The notes under the pieces are model-generated. The model had not been told where the DNA came from, made no database searches, and worked only from the letters and a program-made list of their open reading frames with translations. Below, in pieces: positions 49,486-60,541 of a stretch of DNA of 64,000 nucleotides. The DNA is taken from NCBI GenBank assembly GCA_038824035.1, contig JAWBBW010000001.1, positions 64,001-128,000 on the forward strand, written 5' to 3'. The translations under genes and the position numbers were made by a program. This stretch comes from Desulfurococcaceae archaeon. GTDB lineage: Archaea > Thermoproteota > Thermoprotei_A > Sulfolobales > Desulfurococcaceae. Each line of letters opens with the position of its first letter. Position 1 is the first letter of the stretch.

Positions 49486-51000
49486 GTGAGCGTAGACATA
49501 GCTGAGAGAATAGCTAGTGGTAGTTTCATATTAACAGTTGGGCAAACCCTATCACTGATCATAGGTACTATTTTCAGCTTCGTAATAGCTAGGCTTCTTG
49601 GACCCGATAATTACGGATTACTCAGCATCTCGTTGACCTATCCATTAATGGTATCGAACCTAATGGATCTTGGTCTAGGTGGGGTTATAGCCAGGTATGT
49701 GGCCGAGCCTGGTAAGGATAGGCCTATATATGCGTGGACAGGGGTATTGATAAGGCTTTCCTCGAGCATTGTCGGCGGCTTAGCGGTGTATTTGTTATCG
49801 GATTTCTTCGCAAGCCTGCTCGCAAGACCGGATATAGCCATTTTCATAAGGGTTTTATCTATATACTCGTGTTGCACATCGATACTAAGCCCTTTGATAG
49901 CGGTTTTCAATGGGCTCGGTAAATACAAGCTAGCGGCATCTGTGAACATCGTGCAGTATTGTGTAAGGGGTCCATTGACTATAGCCCTGGTATTAATGGG
50001 AACGGGTGTTAATGGGGCTGTCATCGCGTATTCAGCGTCATATCTACTCGTCTCATTAATATACATGGCAATATACACTAATATCGTGAAGCCCGTAGCC
50101 TTCTCAACGAGGATTTTAAAAGAAATGATATACCTTGCACTACCGCTTTATGCCTCATCTATCAGCGATATCGCGTTAAAGCCGGTAGTGGATTCAATAC
50201 TGGCACGCCATGTCTCTAATTACGAGCTCGGTAATTATGCTGTCGCGCTCAATTCCCTTATGCCTCTTGGCGCGCTTCTGGGCGCTATTTCCACGGCAGT
50301 GTTGACATCTTTCCCGTTGATCAGTGGTGATCAAGCGTTACTGAGAGAGAACGCCAGGAACATCGCGGTATATTCATCTGCCGTTTTCACGGCGATCGGC
50401 ATGTGTTATTTATCCGTGATAACGCCATTGGTACACATTCTCTACGGTAAATCATATGCAGATGCACCTGTCTACGCGCTCTTATATTCCGCTAGCCAAG
50501 TGATCCCAGTGATCCTGGGCTCGCTGGTCATAGGCAATTACTTGCTGACAATTAAGGCGACATTGTTAGGCGGCATTATCGGTGTAATTAGAAGCGTGTC
50601 CATAGCTATCTTCACATATTTATGGGTCCCATTCCACGGTGTGGTAGGAGCCGCCTTGGCTGCCTTGATTGGCTCTACGCTCTCCTCTTTGATAGGGCTG
50701 ATCCTGGTTTACAAGGCCACAGGGCTCTTGATTAATGTGGTCGACTCGGTCAGGATATCTCTTCCATCTATGATATCGTTCACGGTAGCTTACATGATCT
50801 CAGCCCAGTTCACGAGGCTATCGATCTCCTTTCTAACCGGGCTAATAACGTACATGACCTTGTACCTTATCATATCGCCGTTTTTCGTAAAGAAACCAGT
50901 AATAAGGAAGATTGCTGAATTAGCGTGCAAGCTGGAATACATAGGATGGATTATAAAGCCGATCACACGTATTTACTTGAAATTAGTTCTCCGCGAATAG
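49486..51000 (+). CDS. Oligosaccharide flippase (Wzx/MOP family)
   Basis: ARLLGPDNYG, DLGL, 12-14 TM segments. Confidence 0.85.
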   Translation: MSVDIAERIASGSFILTVGQTLSLIIGTIFSFVIARLLGPDNYGLLSISLTYPLMVSNLMDLGLGGVIARYVAEPGKDRPIYAWTGVLIRLSSSIVGGLAVYLLSDFFASLLARPDIAIFIRVLSIYSCCTSILSPLIAVFNGLGKYKLAASVNIVQYCVRGPLTIALVLMGTGVNGAVIAYSASYLLVSLIYMAIYTNIVKPVAFSTRILKEMIYLALPLYASSISDIALKPVVDSILARHVSNYELGNYAVALNSLMPLGALLGAISTAVLTSFPLISGDQALLRENARNIAVYSSAVFTAIGMCYLSVITPLVHILYGKSYADAPVYALLYSASQVIPVILGSLVIGNYLLTIKATLLGGIIGVIRSVSIAIFTYLWVPFHGVVGAALAALIGSTLSSLIGLILVYKATGLLINVVDSVRISLPSMISFTVAYMISAQFTRLSISFLTGLITYMTLYLIISPFFVKKPVIRKIAELACKLEYIGWIIKPITRIYLKLVLRE

Positions 51001-51045
51001 CTCTGAATAGGTGTTTTTAAAGCCATTGCTATTTAAGTATTTCCG

Positions 51046-52443
51046 GTGTACGCCTTGGATATTCAAAAACTAGAGAAGTTTATCCTAGACAAGATGTCTA
51101 AAAACAAAATGCCTGGTCTCTCCATCGCTATTTACCGGGATGGAGAAATCGTATATGCAAATGGATTTGGATTTAAGGACATAGAATCGTCACAACCCCC
51201 TACGCCTAGGACTAATTACTGCATAGGGTCTATTACAAAGGCGTTCACAGCCACAGCTATTATGCAATTATATGAAAAAGGGCTCTTAGATATCGAGGAT
51301 CCAGTTAACAAGTATATCGATGTCCTAAAATCCGGTGATATAAAAATACATCACTTGTTAACACACACTTCTGGTATACCTGCACTGGGATATGCCGAGG
51401 CGTTGATTGACAGCTATTATGAACTTGGTGGGCCATGGTTACCAGCTTCAAAGCCCGATGATGTGCTTATCTACATGGGTGATTATGATTCCTGGATATT
51501 GTTCAAGCCCGGCGAGAGATGGCTGTATTTGAACGAGGGCTATGTCTTACTGGGCAAGATCATTGAGAAGGTGACAAATACGGGTTACGAGGAATATGTT
51601 AAGCGGCATATACTGGACAAACTAGGCATGGATAAGAGCTATTTCAGTAGAGAGGATTATTTAAAAGACCCTGATAAAGCAACACCCTATAGAATAGGGC
51701 AGGACCAAAAGCTGATCAAATCTGAGCCATTGTTCGGTATAACAGCCGATGGCGGCTTATTCAGCAACGCGATCGATCTATTGAAATTCGCCGAAATGAT
51801 GATCAACAGGGGTGTTTACAAAGATACCATTTTACTCAACAAGGAAACAGTGGAGTTAATGGAGAAGCCGCATGTGAAATTACCGTATGAAACACCCACA
51901 AGCCGCTACTATGGTTATGGATTAATAATACACGATGATTTCCACGGCAGAAAATTAATAGGGCACAGTGGATCCGTATATGTGTACACGGCTTACATGG
52001 GCTATATCCCAGATGACAAGATCGCTATAACAGTGTTCGCCAATTCAACCGGGTATCCATTATCCCTCATAGGTGCATATGCCTTGACACTGGCCCTTGG
52101 ATTAAACCCGGAGAAAACGCTTAACCCCATTAAATATGAGCAAATACTTAGCAATATAGAGGGGTTTTACACTGGTTACAGGGATTCTGTCCAAATAAGG
52201 GTTAAGGCCAATGGCGCGGCGTTGATATTCGAGGATCAATGGAGAAAGACGCAGACACCGGCTTTCCCGGAGAAATTGGAGGAGAACTATGCATTGTTCT
52301 ATATATACAATATCGCTGGCAAAATACCAGTGGAGTTTTTCATTAACAAGGACAAGGTCATAATGATATATGAGAGATATGTATTAGTCAAGGAGGTCCA
52401 TAGAATTGAGACATCAACGAGTCTTGTACAACAGGGTTTATGA
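51046..52443 (+). CDS. Serine hydrolase, beta-lactamase/peptidase S12 family
   Basis: SITK (SxxK), LLTHTSG, YLN, GHSG. Confidence 0.9.
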   Translation: MYALDIQKLEKFILDKMSKNKMPGLSIAIYRDGEIVYANGFGFKDIESSQPPTPRTNYCIGSITKAFTATAIMQLYEKGLLDIEDPVNKYIDVLKSGDIKIHHLLTHTSGIPALGYAEALIDSYYELGGPWLPASKPDDVLIYMGDYDSWILFKPGERWLYLNEGYVLLGKIIEKVTNTGYEEYVKRHILDKLGMDKSYFSREDYLKDPDKATPYRIGQDQKLIKSEPLFGITADGGLFSNAIDLLKFAEMMINRGVYKDTILLNKETVELMEKPHVKLPYETPTSRYYGYGLIIHDDFHGRKLIGHSGSVYVYTAYMGYIPDDKIAITVFANSTGYPLSLIGAYALTLALGLNPEKTLNPIKYEQILSNIEGFYTGYRDSVQIRVKANGAALIFEDQWRKTQTPAFPEKLEENYALFYIYNIAGKIPVEFFINKDKVIMIYERYVLVKEVHRIETSTSLVQQGL

Positions 52444-52484
52444 TCAACGAGTTTGATTAGGTCTCTTTATGTGAGGCATTGTGT

Positions 52485-53420
52485 ATGGCTAAGTCCAAGG
52501 TTTTATTCGCAAAGGCGAAATTAGAGAAACTTGAAAGAGAACGTAGTTTGCCATTTAAGTTCGCGAAACTGCTAGATCAGAGCCCATTACGCGAGATCGT
52601 AATAGAGGGCAACATAGTTGCGATAAAAATACACGTGGGCGATATGCATCACGGCGGTTATAGGACTATAAGGCCGATTTTCGTCAGGATCCTTGTTGAC
52701 TATGTCAAGAAGCTAGGTGGTATTCCATTCATAACGGATACATGGGGGTTAAAACACATGATCATCGGTGTCGAGAACGGCTATAATTACGAGACAATTG
52801 GCGCGATACCCGTGCCTGTATCGGGGATAAAGGAGACAGATGTGGTGAAAATAAGCGTTCCCAACCCACTCAGAATATCAGAGGTCGACGTGGGATCAGC
52901 CGTTTTCCATGCCGATGTATTGATCAATTTTGCACACAGCAAGGGACATCCATCCCCAGGTTATGGTGGGGCTATAAAGAACATCGCAATGGGGTGTATT
53001 GGGCCGAACACAAGATCAGCTATACACAACTTGGAACGAGACGATCCAACTGGCAGGGCTTTTCAAGAAGGCTTAGTGGATGCCGTGCACGCCGTTTTGT
53101 TGAACAAGCCGAGAAAGGCGTTTCACATAAATTACGTGATGGATGTTCAACCAACTTGTGATTGTGCACCGTGGTCAGATATACCGATAGTGCCGGATAT
53201 AGGTATCCTAGCATCGGACGACATAGTGGCACTTGAAAAGGCCACGTTAGACCTGATAAACCAGGCACCCGTAATACCAGGGTCTATTGGCGAGAAAGCA
53301 GGGCTTAAACCAGGTGATAACAAGTTCCTAGTGATCCATGGTAAAGACCCCTATATACAGGTTGAGGCTGGTTTCAAAAAGGGGTTAGGGCAATTGGATT
53401 ACGAGATCGTGGAGGTGTAG
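52485..53420 (+). CDS. DUF362 Fe-S protein
   Basis: AIKIHVG, HSKGH, GGAIKNIAMGC, CDC, DIGILASDD.VA. Confidence 0.85.
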   Translation: MAKSKVLFAKAKLEKLERERSLPFKFAKLLDQSPLREIVIEGNIVAIKIHVGDMHHGGYRTIRPIFVRILVDYVKKLGGIPFITDTWGLKHMIIGVENGYNYETIGAIPVPVSGIKETDVVKISVPNPLRISEVDVGSAVFHADVLINFAHSKGHPSPGYGGAIKNIAMGCIGPNTRSAIHNLERDDPTGRAFQEGLVDAVHAVLLNKPRKAFHINYVMDVQPTCDCAPWSDIPIVPDIGILASDDIVALEKATLDLINQAPVIPGSIGEKAGLKPGDNKFLVIHGKDPYIQVEAGFKKGLGQLDYEIVEV

Positions 53421-53422
53421 AG

Positions 53423-53650
53423 ATGGGTCAACAACACAGTGTAGTAGTTGATGTAGACAAGTGCATTGGATGTGCACAGTGTTATGTAACCTGTCCAAAC
53501 AAGGTCTTTGTGATATTCAATAGGAAATCAATACCAAAGTACCAAGAAAGATGTGTTGGCTGTAGAGCATGTGTTGTTAAATGCCCTGTTAACGCTATAT
53601 CAGTCACGCCAAGGGATCTCCGAGCCCCGTTCGCCAGGTTTTATGAATAG
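53423..53650 (+). CDS. 2[4Fe-4S] ferredoxin
   Basis: CIGCAQCYVTCP and CVGCRACVVKCP. Confidence 0.92.
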   Translation: MGQQHSVVVDVDKCIGCAQCYVTCPNKVFVIFNRKSIPKYQERCVGCRACVVKCPVNAISVTPRDLRAPFARFYE

Positions 53651-53684
53651 TTTACATAATCACCGAACCCCTTGGTCAATTTTC

Positions 53685-55031
53685 TTAAACAACTTTTCTA
53701 GCTAGTTTATTGAAATACCTCTGGAACACGGTGATCAATATTATCCCCCTGGCATACACATCTATGAACATTGAAAGCCATGGACCTATAACCCCTAGAT
53801 GGTTTGCCAATAATATAGATGGTATAACCCTGAACACTATTAGCGAGGAAGTGTTAATCACAAGGGGGATCTTAGTATCACCAGCGCCCCTTATAGCGCC
53901 ACTAGTTATCATTGATAAACCAAGCCCCAGTTCACTGAACCCGGCAAAAGCCAGGTATATTGATGCAAGTCTCCTAATCTCCTCGTTTGGCGCAAAAGGC
54001 ATGGTTATGTAATATCCCGTGAAACCAACTACTATCCCTATAACCGTCATTATCGATGTGCCAAGCATTATTGTCTTGAATCCAATGCTTTTACCGCCAT
54101 TGATATCCCCTCTGCCTATTCTTTGTCCAACCAATGTCGAGGCAGTCATCATGAAAGCGAATCCAGGCATATATATGATGCTCTCTATTCTCAAGCCAAT
54201 ATTATGCGCAGCCATGGCCGTGCTACCGAGCCTGGAGATCACGCCAGCGTAGATATTGTTGCCAAGCGCGAAAAAGGCCCTCTCAATGAAAGCTGGCCAT
54301 CCTATTTCCAAGATCCTCTTTAAGCCCACTTCATTACGGAATAATGGTATAAGCCCCATGTTCCTCAAAAACCTCAGTTGCAATGGCATGACTAATAAAG
54401 ATGCAGTGATTGTTGCATAAGCGGCCCCGGCTACGCCCAGTCTCGGAAAACCGAATAAACCATAGATCATGAGCGGGTCTAGGACTATGTTGGCCAAGAG
54501 CCCAGTTGCATTGGCCATGAGGGAGAACATTGTTCTGCCCGTAGCTATGATCAAGATATCTAGAGAACTAGTTATGAACATGACTATGAGCCCCGAAACC
54601 CTGATCTTGAAATAGACTAAAGTGTATTCATATGTTAACCCGGTAGCACCTGATTGCATCATCACTAACGGCCCTGATAGGAGAAACGCGATCAAGCTGA
54701 TGAACAACGTGAACAGAGAACCCTTTAGAATTATCTCTCCTCCAATCCTCCTGGCCTTATCGAAATCGCCAGCCCCAATGCTCTGTGATGCCATTATCAC
54801 CAATGGCGTGGAGAATAAAGCCATGAAAACGAGTATCAGATTCAGTAAATATCCGGCAATACCTAGAGCGGCTAACGCCTCTTCACCCAGGTCTTTGACG
54901 AAATACGTATCTGTGAGCGAATAGAGAGTCCCCACTAACTGGATGAATACAAGAGGCAGAGAGACCTTCAACGATGCCAATATCTCTCCATCCCTAAGAA
55001 TATCTAGCAAATTGTAGACTCGTCTCAACAT
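53685..55031 (-). CDS. MATE family efflux transporter
   Basis: TDT..V..LG..ALAA, NIVLDP, GAAYAT, GAGDT. Confidence 0.92.
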   Translation of the reverse strand: MLRRVYNLLDILRDGEILASLKVSLPLVFIQLVGTLYSLTDTYFVKDLGEEALAALGIAGYLLNLILVFMALFSTPLVIMASQSIGAGDFDKARRIGGEIILKGSLFTLFISLIAFLLSGPLVMMQSGATGLTYEYTLVYFKIRVSGLIVMFITSSLDILIIATGRTMFSLMANATGLLANIVLDPLMIYGLFGFPRLGVAGAAYATITASLLVMPLQLRFLRNMGLIPLFRNEVGLKRILEIGWPAFIERAFFALGNNIYAGVISRLGSTAMAAHNIGLRIESIIYMPGFAFMMTASTLVGQRIGRGDINGGKSIGFKTIMLGTSIMTVIGIVVGFTGYYITMPFAPNEEIRRLASIYLAFAGFSELGLGLSMITSGAIRGAGDTKIPLVINTSSLIVFRVIPSILLANHLGVIGPWLSMFIDVYARGIILITVFQRYFNKLARKVV

Positions 55032-55108
55032 ATATCACTTGGCCAGGCTTCTAGATAACAATGATTGATTGGGGAAAAACTATGAAGGGGTTGAATATAT
55101 GTTGGCGA

Positions 55109-55990
55109 TTATGACTGGTTCGCTTGCTTGATCAAGTACCTGTACAAGGTGCCCCATATGTATTCGTCATTTCTTAGCTTATTCTCGAAGTTATTTATAT
55201 TCGCCCAGTCTATGAAAGCTCTCTCGGTCTCATCGTTCCATGTACCGGTTATCTCGCCTTTGTAATAGCCCAGTTTACGCAATGCTTCTTGAACGCTTCT
55301 AGCCACGTCCTGTTTCTTGACAATATCGCTTGGTCTCTCCCTTGTCAGCAATGTGAGCTCCCAGATCTCGAATAATCTCCGCAACTCCTTGACAGGTTCC
55401 GGATGATCATCAACTCTTAGGTCAACGTACTTGTCTATAAGGCCGAGATAGCCGCCTTTTTCGCGTAGAACTATGATGGCGGCTGATTGCTTACCTCTCC
55501 TATCACCGCCTGCTTTGTCGCCAGCCTCTAACGCGCTCAGCAATTTATCCACAAGCTCGCCTCCAGTGGTTTCAAATGCCCTGGCCATGGATTCCAAGAC
55601 CTCTGGCCCGATCAATATATTGCCCTGGACAGCGAATCCATCACCCACTATATGGCCAGCATATGGATAACACTCCTTGCCGGTGAACGCGGCCGCATCG
55701 CCTTTCGCATCCACTATCCCGATCTGCCTGTGATCTCTCATAGGGTCTTCACTTGTCAATATTTCGACAACTCTCCTAGCACTATATCCTTTCTCCAGTA
55801 GTTCCAATCCACGTGGGCCGTACATGGGGTTGGCCAATGCCTGTGTTGCAATTGCGCCAACCTTTGTCTTAACCCATGGCACGATCGAGCCAACGGCTAT
55901 GAACTTCGATGCAACAGCCACTCCTAGGTCTCCCCTATCCCTGTCAAAGCCCACGATCGAATATGTGGCCACAATCAATCTCTCTTTCAA
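55109..55990 (-). CDS. DUF1028 Ntn-hydrolase-like protein with C-terminal PG-binding-like domain
   Basis: TYSIV, GAIATQA, QGNIL, GGDRRG.QSA, DLRVDD, LGYY.G. Confidence 0.85.
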   Translation of the reverse strand: MKERLIVATYSIVGFDRDRGDLGVAVASKFIAVGSIVPWVKTKVGAIATQALANPMYGPRGLELLEKGYSARRVVEILTSEDPMRDHRQIGIVDAKGDAAAFTGKECYPYAGHIVGDGFAVQGNILIGPEVLESMARAFETTGGELVDKLLSALEAGDKAGGDRRGKQSAAIIVLREKGGYLGLIDKYVDLRVDDHPEPVKELRRLFEIWELTLLTRERPSDIVKKQDVARSVQEALRKLGYYKGEITGTWNDETERAFIDWANINNFENKLRNDEYIWGTLYRYLIKQANQS

Positions 55991-56050
55991 GCACAGCACC
56001 CCATAGTATGAAAAGCACGTGGCGTTAATAAACATGGTGTTAACGAGGTA

Positions 56051-57277
56051 TTGTTTCGTGGAGTAATGCTTAAAGCCTTTGACATGTTTTCAAAATCCGG
56101 TGATATAGCTTTGGCCGGGCTCTCTACAAGGGCCATTCATGGTCATGAACACGCGGACTCTTTGGGTTCACATATACCACCAATATACCTGAGTGCTATA
56201 TACGAGTACGTGGACTACGAACTGGGCGAAGCGGTGTTTGTGGATAGAGGTAATTATCTAAGATATGGCAGAGAAGAGAACCCGACAACGAGGGCGTTGG
56301 AAAGGGTCATCGCCAAATTAGAGAGAGCACAGGATTCCCTCGCGTTTAACAGCGGTATGTCATCCATTTCCACGGTTTTCTTATGGGGGCTTAAACCGGG
56401 CGATAAAGTCGTTATCCCAATGGAGGTCTACAGCTCCACCCTTGCATTGCTGAACAACATAGCCCCTAAACTATGTGTGAAAGTGGAGAGGGTTTGGCCA
56501 AGTGCCGAGGCAGTGGTAGAGTCCATTGACAATAAGACATCAATGGTGTTCTTAGAGGTCATGACAAATCCGACTAACAAGGTCATAGACCTCGATTACA
56601 TATATAAGAACATGGATATCGATAGAGTGATGCTAGTAGTCGACAACACGTTTACAACCCCTGTTATATTGAAACCGATTAAGTATGGGGCTAGATTAGT
56701 AATACATAGCATGACTAAGTATTTCGGCGGCCACAACGATGTTGTGGGCGGTGCTGTGGCCGGTCATTCAGGCGATATTAAATCATTATGGGAGTGGAGG
56801 AGAATGCTGGGAGGGATATTACAGCCATTTGAATCATACATGGTGCTGAGAGGGGTTAAAACACTTGAAATAAGGTTTGAGAAACACTCCAGTAATGCAA
56901 AGGCGGTTGCAGAGTACCTGAGGGATCATAGCAAAGTCGAAGAAGTGATGTATCCCGGGTTAAGCGATAACCCATATCACGGGATAGCTAGGAAAATATT
57001 TGAGAAACCACTATATGGTGGAGTAGTGAGTTTCAAGATAAAAGGGTCGTACACCGATGTCGTGAGTTTCATGAAGAGATTGAAATTAATTAAGAGATGT
57101 CCAAGCCTAGGCGGCACAGAGTCCATGGCCGTGATACCGATCAAGGCTGGAGCCATGTTCATAGACCCAGAGCACAGGGCTAAACTAGGTATAACTGAAA
57201 ACCTCGTCAGGCTTTCAATTGGGTTGGAAAATATCGAGGATATAATAGAGGATTTATCCCAGGCACTGAATTTCTAG
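56051..57277 (+). CDS. Cys/Met metabolism PLP enzyme (cystathionine gamma-synthase/lyase family)
   Basis: YGREENPT, FNSGM, VDNTF, HSMTKY.GGH.D, SLGG.ES, RLSIGLE. Confidence 0.92.
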   Translation: MFRGVMLKAFDMFSKSGDIALAGLSTRAIHGHEHADSLGSHIPPIYLSAIYEYVDYELGEAVFVDRGNYLRYGREENPTTRALERVIAKLERAQDSLAFNSGMSSISTVFLWGLKPGDKVVIPMEVYSSTLALLNNIAPKLCVKVERVWPSAEAVVESIDNKTSMVFLEVMTNPTNKVIDLDYIYKNMDIDRVMLVVDNTFTTPVILKPIKYGARLVIHSMTKYFGGHNDVVGGAVAGHSGDIKSLWEWRRMLGGILQPFESYMVLRGVKTLEIRFEKHSSNAKAVAEYLRDHSKVEEVMYPGLSDNPYHGIARKIFEKPLYGGVVSFKIKGSYTDVVSFMKRLKLIKRCPSLGGTESMAVIPIKAGAMFIDPEHRAKLGITENLVRLSIGLENIEDIIEDLSQALNF

Positions 57278-57283
57278 GCCCAT

Positions 57284-58045
57284 TCACTCGATATCATAGA
57301 TCAGCTTAAACTTATCCTTGAGGTCCACAACCCTTTTGATCACCACTTTGCCAACCTCTCCTGTGTACTTGACATGTGTACCTGTACATGGTATGGCATT
57401 GATACCTTCTATGACGACGACTCTATAATTACTCGCCACTGGCAATCTACGTAGATTGGGGGCGTTGAAAACAACGGCATCTAGTTCATCCCTATTCACA
57501 TTTACTATTTTAACGGGGATATTCGATGAAACCACGTTATTGGCTATGCCCTCGATCTCCTTGACGAGATCTGGGCTAGGAGCCTCAGCATCATATACGA
57601 TATACGGTTCTGGAGGGCTATGATAGGCCTCGATGGTCTCAACTACTCTTCCATAAACTGTTTTAACAGCGTAGTCCAGTATATGTCCAGCTGTGTGTAA
57701 TCTCATGTTCCTATATCTCTTTCCCCAGTCCAATACCAACCTAACTCTCATCCCCTGCAATAGCTCGCCTTTTAGGAGTTTGCCATAATGTACGATTACA
57801 TCCCCGATTTGCAACACTTTCTCGACTTTGAATAACAGTGAATCGTTATCGATGAATCCAGTATCATTTGATTGACCTCCTGCCTTGGGATGAAAGATCG
57901 TGCCATGTAGTACCAGGTAATACTTATTTCCCCTTTCACGTAGAACGCCCTGTATATTTGTATATAGCTCTTTCACATATGAATCCTCTAAGTAAACTCT
58001 ATGAGTGGGCCCAAACTCGGAGACCCATTTCCTCATATCCACCAT
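57284..58045 (-). CDS. alaX: Alanyl-tRNA editing protein AlaX
   Basis: TIFHP..GGQ..DTG, HTAGH, CTGTHV. Confidence 0.9.
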   Translation of the reverse strand: MVDMRKWVSEFGPTHRVYLEDSYVKELYTNIQGVLRERGNKYYLVLHGTIFHPKAGGQSNDTGFIDNDSLLFKVEKVLQIGDVIVHYGKLLKGELLQGMRVRLVLDWGKRYRNMRLHTAGHILDYAVKTVYGRVVETIEAYHSPPEPYIVYDAEAPSPDLVKEIEGIANNVVSSNIPVKIVNVNRDELDAVVFNAPNLRRLPVASNYRVVVIEGINAIPCTGTHVKYTGEVGKVVIKRVVDLKDKFKLIYDIE

Positions 58046-59673
58046 TCAGAACACCGCGAAATCGTTTTTGGTTTTAGAACAAGGTGGGAGATAAATAGCA
58101 TTATGATCAATTTCAGGGATGAGAAAACAATGGTGATTATCAGTGGATTCAAAGCCACAGGATATATCGACAAGGATATGTAGATCGCCCATGGCAACGA
58201 GTTCATGAAAAGAGAAACAATCATGAGCGGTATTAGCTTACCGAGCTTGGAGTAAATATTACCCGAATACATATCGACACCGAATAATCTCAACCCGATC
58301 ACAGAGTAGAATAAACATGTGGCCGGATTAGATATAAGCGTGAAAGACATGTTGATGAGCTCTAATAGCCTCCACGGTGCAAACAGTGATGTGAGTATTA
58401 GTAGAACAATATACATCAAGGCGTAGATGATTGATGCAAGTAATACCTTTGCATACACGAGATCCCTTTCATCTAGTGGCAGTGTTTTCAAGTATATATA
58501 AGAATATTGCTCTATGAAGAACAAGACAGGGGTATAGAACAGTGTTATCCATATGGATATCAGGAATATCAATAAATGTGACACCCCTTGTATTACCCAG
58601 TATACCACTGTGAACCCTATTGGCATGGTCAATACTAGGAACACACCTGGGTTTCTCAAACCAAGTCTAAGGTCCTTTAAAATCAGCGCGATATACGTGC
58701 TCCGTGGTTTCAACCCTTGCATATAACCTGGTCCACGATACTCGATGGGCGGGATATGTCTCATCAAGAGGCCTTTGATCCACGTATTAATCCATCGAAT
58801 TATGTAAATCGACATCGAGACATAGATAACGAGCCCGATCACGGCGAAGAGGGCTTTCTCCGGATTTGGCGACATTCCAAGGGTTAAATGAGCAATCAAC
58901 TCCGTGAATGGGAAAGGATATATGATCAGCATTAAGGGATTGCTCGATATGTTCATAGAGCATTGTTCTAAGAACATGTAAAACCTAGGCAATACGCTGT
59001 AGAGAAAATAGATCATGTAATATGGCATGATCCACATAATCAAGAGCAATAATCTCTTGAAAACAGATCTCTCGCCGAAAACTATTTTCGAGAATAAAAC
59101 CCCCATGTATAGTGATATTGAGAGAGCCAGTATTATCGATGAAAACACCGTAACCAGGTAAAGAGGTAGCCCAAGCATCGACCCAGGGATCAATATATAC
59201 ATGGCTATGGATGACGCGGTGTAAACAAATACAGGGATATCATATGCCCTCATGATTGCCAGGAACACTAGAGCAGAGGCGTCTCTAACTGTAATGGGGT
59301 TTGATAATAGGAAATCAGCGAACTTGATCCTACCTATCGATGAGAATTCCTGGATACCGGCGAAAAGAAACAAGATCACAGCGACCAACACTGTAGATGA
59401 CATTCTCATGGAGAGTGATTGAGGGGTTATGGAGGCATTATCATTCAGGAGATCTAGGTATGGCAAGGCGGATGCCAATACCAGGGCTATTGAATACATG
59501 ACCTTACTAGCGAACACGTTCACCATTGCGTTATTAACCAGTTTACTTGCCTTGGTATTTGAGGATCTATTGCTCAATGATTGTAGAACTGGATGTGTTG
59601 ATTGAAACACTAATTCTTTATACAACATGCCGCTGAGTCTCCAATACTGCTTCATGGTATTCAAGATACCCAT
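58033..59673 (-). CDS. Large ABC-2-type membrane permease
   Basis: Many TM segments, LILKDLRL..RNP, LKTLPL; adjacent ATPase. Confidence 0.75.
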   Translation of the reverse strand: MGILNTMKQYWRLSGMLYKELVFQSTHPVLQSLSNRSSNTKASKLVNNAMVNVFASKVMYSIALVLASALPYLDLLNDNASITPQSLSMRMSSTVLVAVILFLFAGIQEFSSIGRIKFADFLLSNPITVRDASALVFLAIMRAYDIPVFVYTASSIAMYILIPGSMLGLPLYLVTVFSSIILALSISLYMGVLFSKIVFGERSVFKRLLLLIMWIMPYYMIYFLYSVLPRFYMFLEQCSMNISSNPLMLIIYPFPFTELIAHLTLGMSPNPEKALFAVIGLVIYVSMSIYIIRWINTWIKGLLMRHIPPIEYRGPGYMQGLKPRSTYIALILKDLRLGLRNPGVFLVLTMPIGFTVVYWVIQGVSHLLIFLISIWITLFYTPVLFFIEQYSYIYLKTLPLDERDLVYAKVLLASIIYALMYIVLLILTSLFAPWRLLELINMSFTLISNPATCLFYSVIGLRLFGVDMYSGNIYSKLGKLIPLMIVSLFMNSLPWAIYISLSIYPVALNPLIITIVFSSLKLIIMLFISHLVLKPKTISRCSEWWI

Positions 59674-59679
59674 GTCAAA

Positions 59680-60480
59680 TCATTCCTCGAGCACCTTAGC
59701 GATCTCGCGAACCCATTCATCACGCTTCGTGAGCCTGAGGAAGAGATCTTCTAGGCTTCCTCGCGATTTCGACATCTCGGCCAATTCATTGATCCCGCCC
59801 TCGGCTATTAGAACGCCTCGATCAATTATGCCGATCCGATCGCAGATTTTCTCGGCTATCTCCATTATATGAGTTGAGAGGAGAATGGCGTTGTTTTTTG
59901 AAACATGGTGTTTCAGATACTCCTTTAAAACCCTTGCTGAGAACGTGTCTAGGCCCGTGAAAGGCTCATCCAATACAAGTAGCTTTGGATCGTGAAGCAA
60001 CGCTAACATGATCAATAGTTTTTGCTTATTACCCCTAGATAGCGCGAAAACAGGTGTTTCGAGGCACTCTTCAAATGAAAACGAGTTAATCAATTTGCCT
60101 AGCTTGTTGTTCAAACTAGCCTTGTCAATGCCTCTAATAGATGAGGTGAACTCTATTATCTCCCTTGGGGTAAGCGCTTCAGGCACTATTGGCTCCTCAG
60201 GTACATATCCTATTAGGTTTTTAACGTGTTTGTCATCTCTTGGGGATCTCCCGTAGATCAATACTTCGCCCTCATACCTGTCTATGATGCCCACGACAGC
60301 TTTCAGCGTGCTCGACTTTCCAGCGCCATTTGGCCCCAGGAGACAATACATTTCCCCCATATCGACTTTGAACGAGACTTTGTTTACAGCTATTTTATCG
60401 CCATAACTTATAACAAGGTCTTTGACGATTAACGGAGTACTTCGCAAGATATGTGGCACCCGCCGTGGTGATGATCGCAC
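59680..60480 (-). CDS. ABC transporter ATP-binding protein (true start probably slightly downstream)
   Basis: GPNGAGKS, LSRG, LDEP, STH. Confidence 0.92.
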   Translation of the reverse strand: MRSSPRRVPHILRSTPLIVKDLVISYGDKIAVNKVSFKVDMGEMYCLLGPNGAGKSSTLKAVVGIIDRYEGEVLIYGRSPRDDKHVKNLIGYVPEEPIVPEALTPREIIEFTSSIRGIDKASLNNKLGKLINSFSFEECLETPVFALSRGNKQKLLIMLALLHDPKLLVLDEPFTGLDTFSARVLKEYLKHHVSKNNAILLSTHIMEIAEKICDRIGIIDRGVLIAEGGINELAEMSKSRGSLEDLFLRLTKRDEWVREIAKVLEE

Positions 60481-60541
60481 AAGTGCTTAATAAAAGCAAT
60501 CGGCCTGAATTATGAATAACTTGTTTCAAACACAAAATATT

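Noticed and set aside
60468-60508. GTGATGA...CTGA C/D candidate
   Set aside because: No credible C'/D', short, and overlaps the ABC gene start region on the other strand
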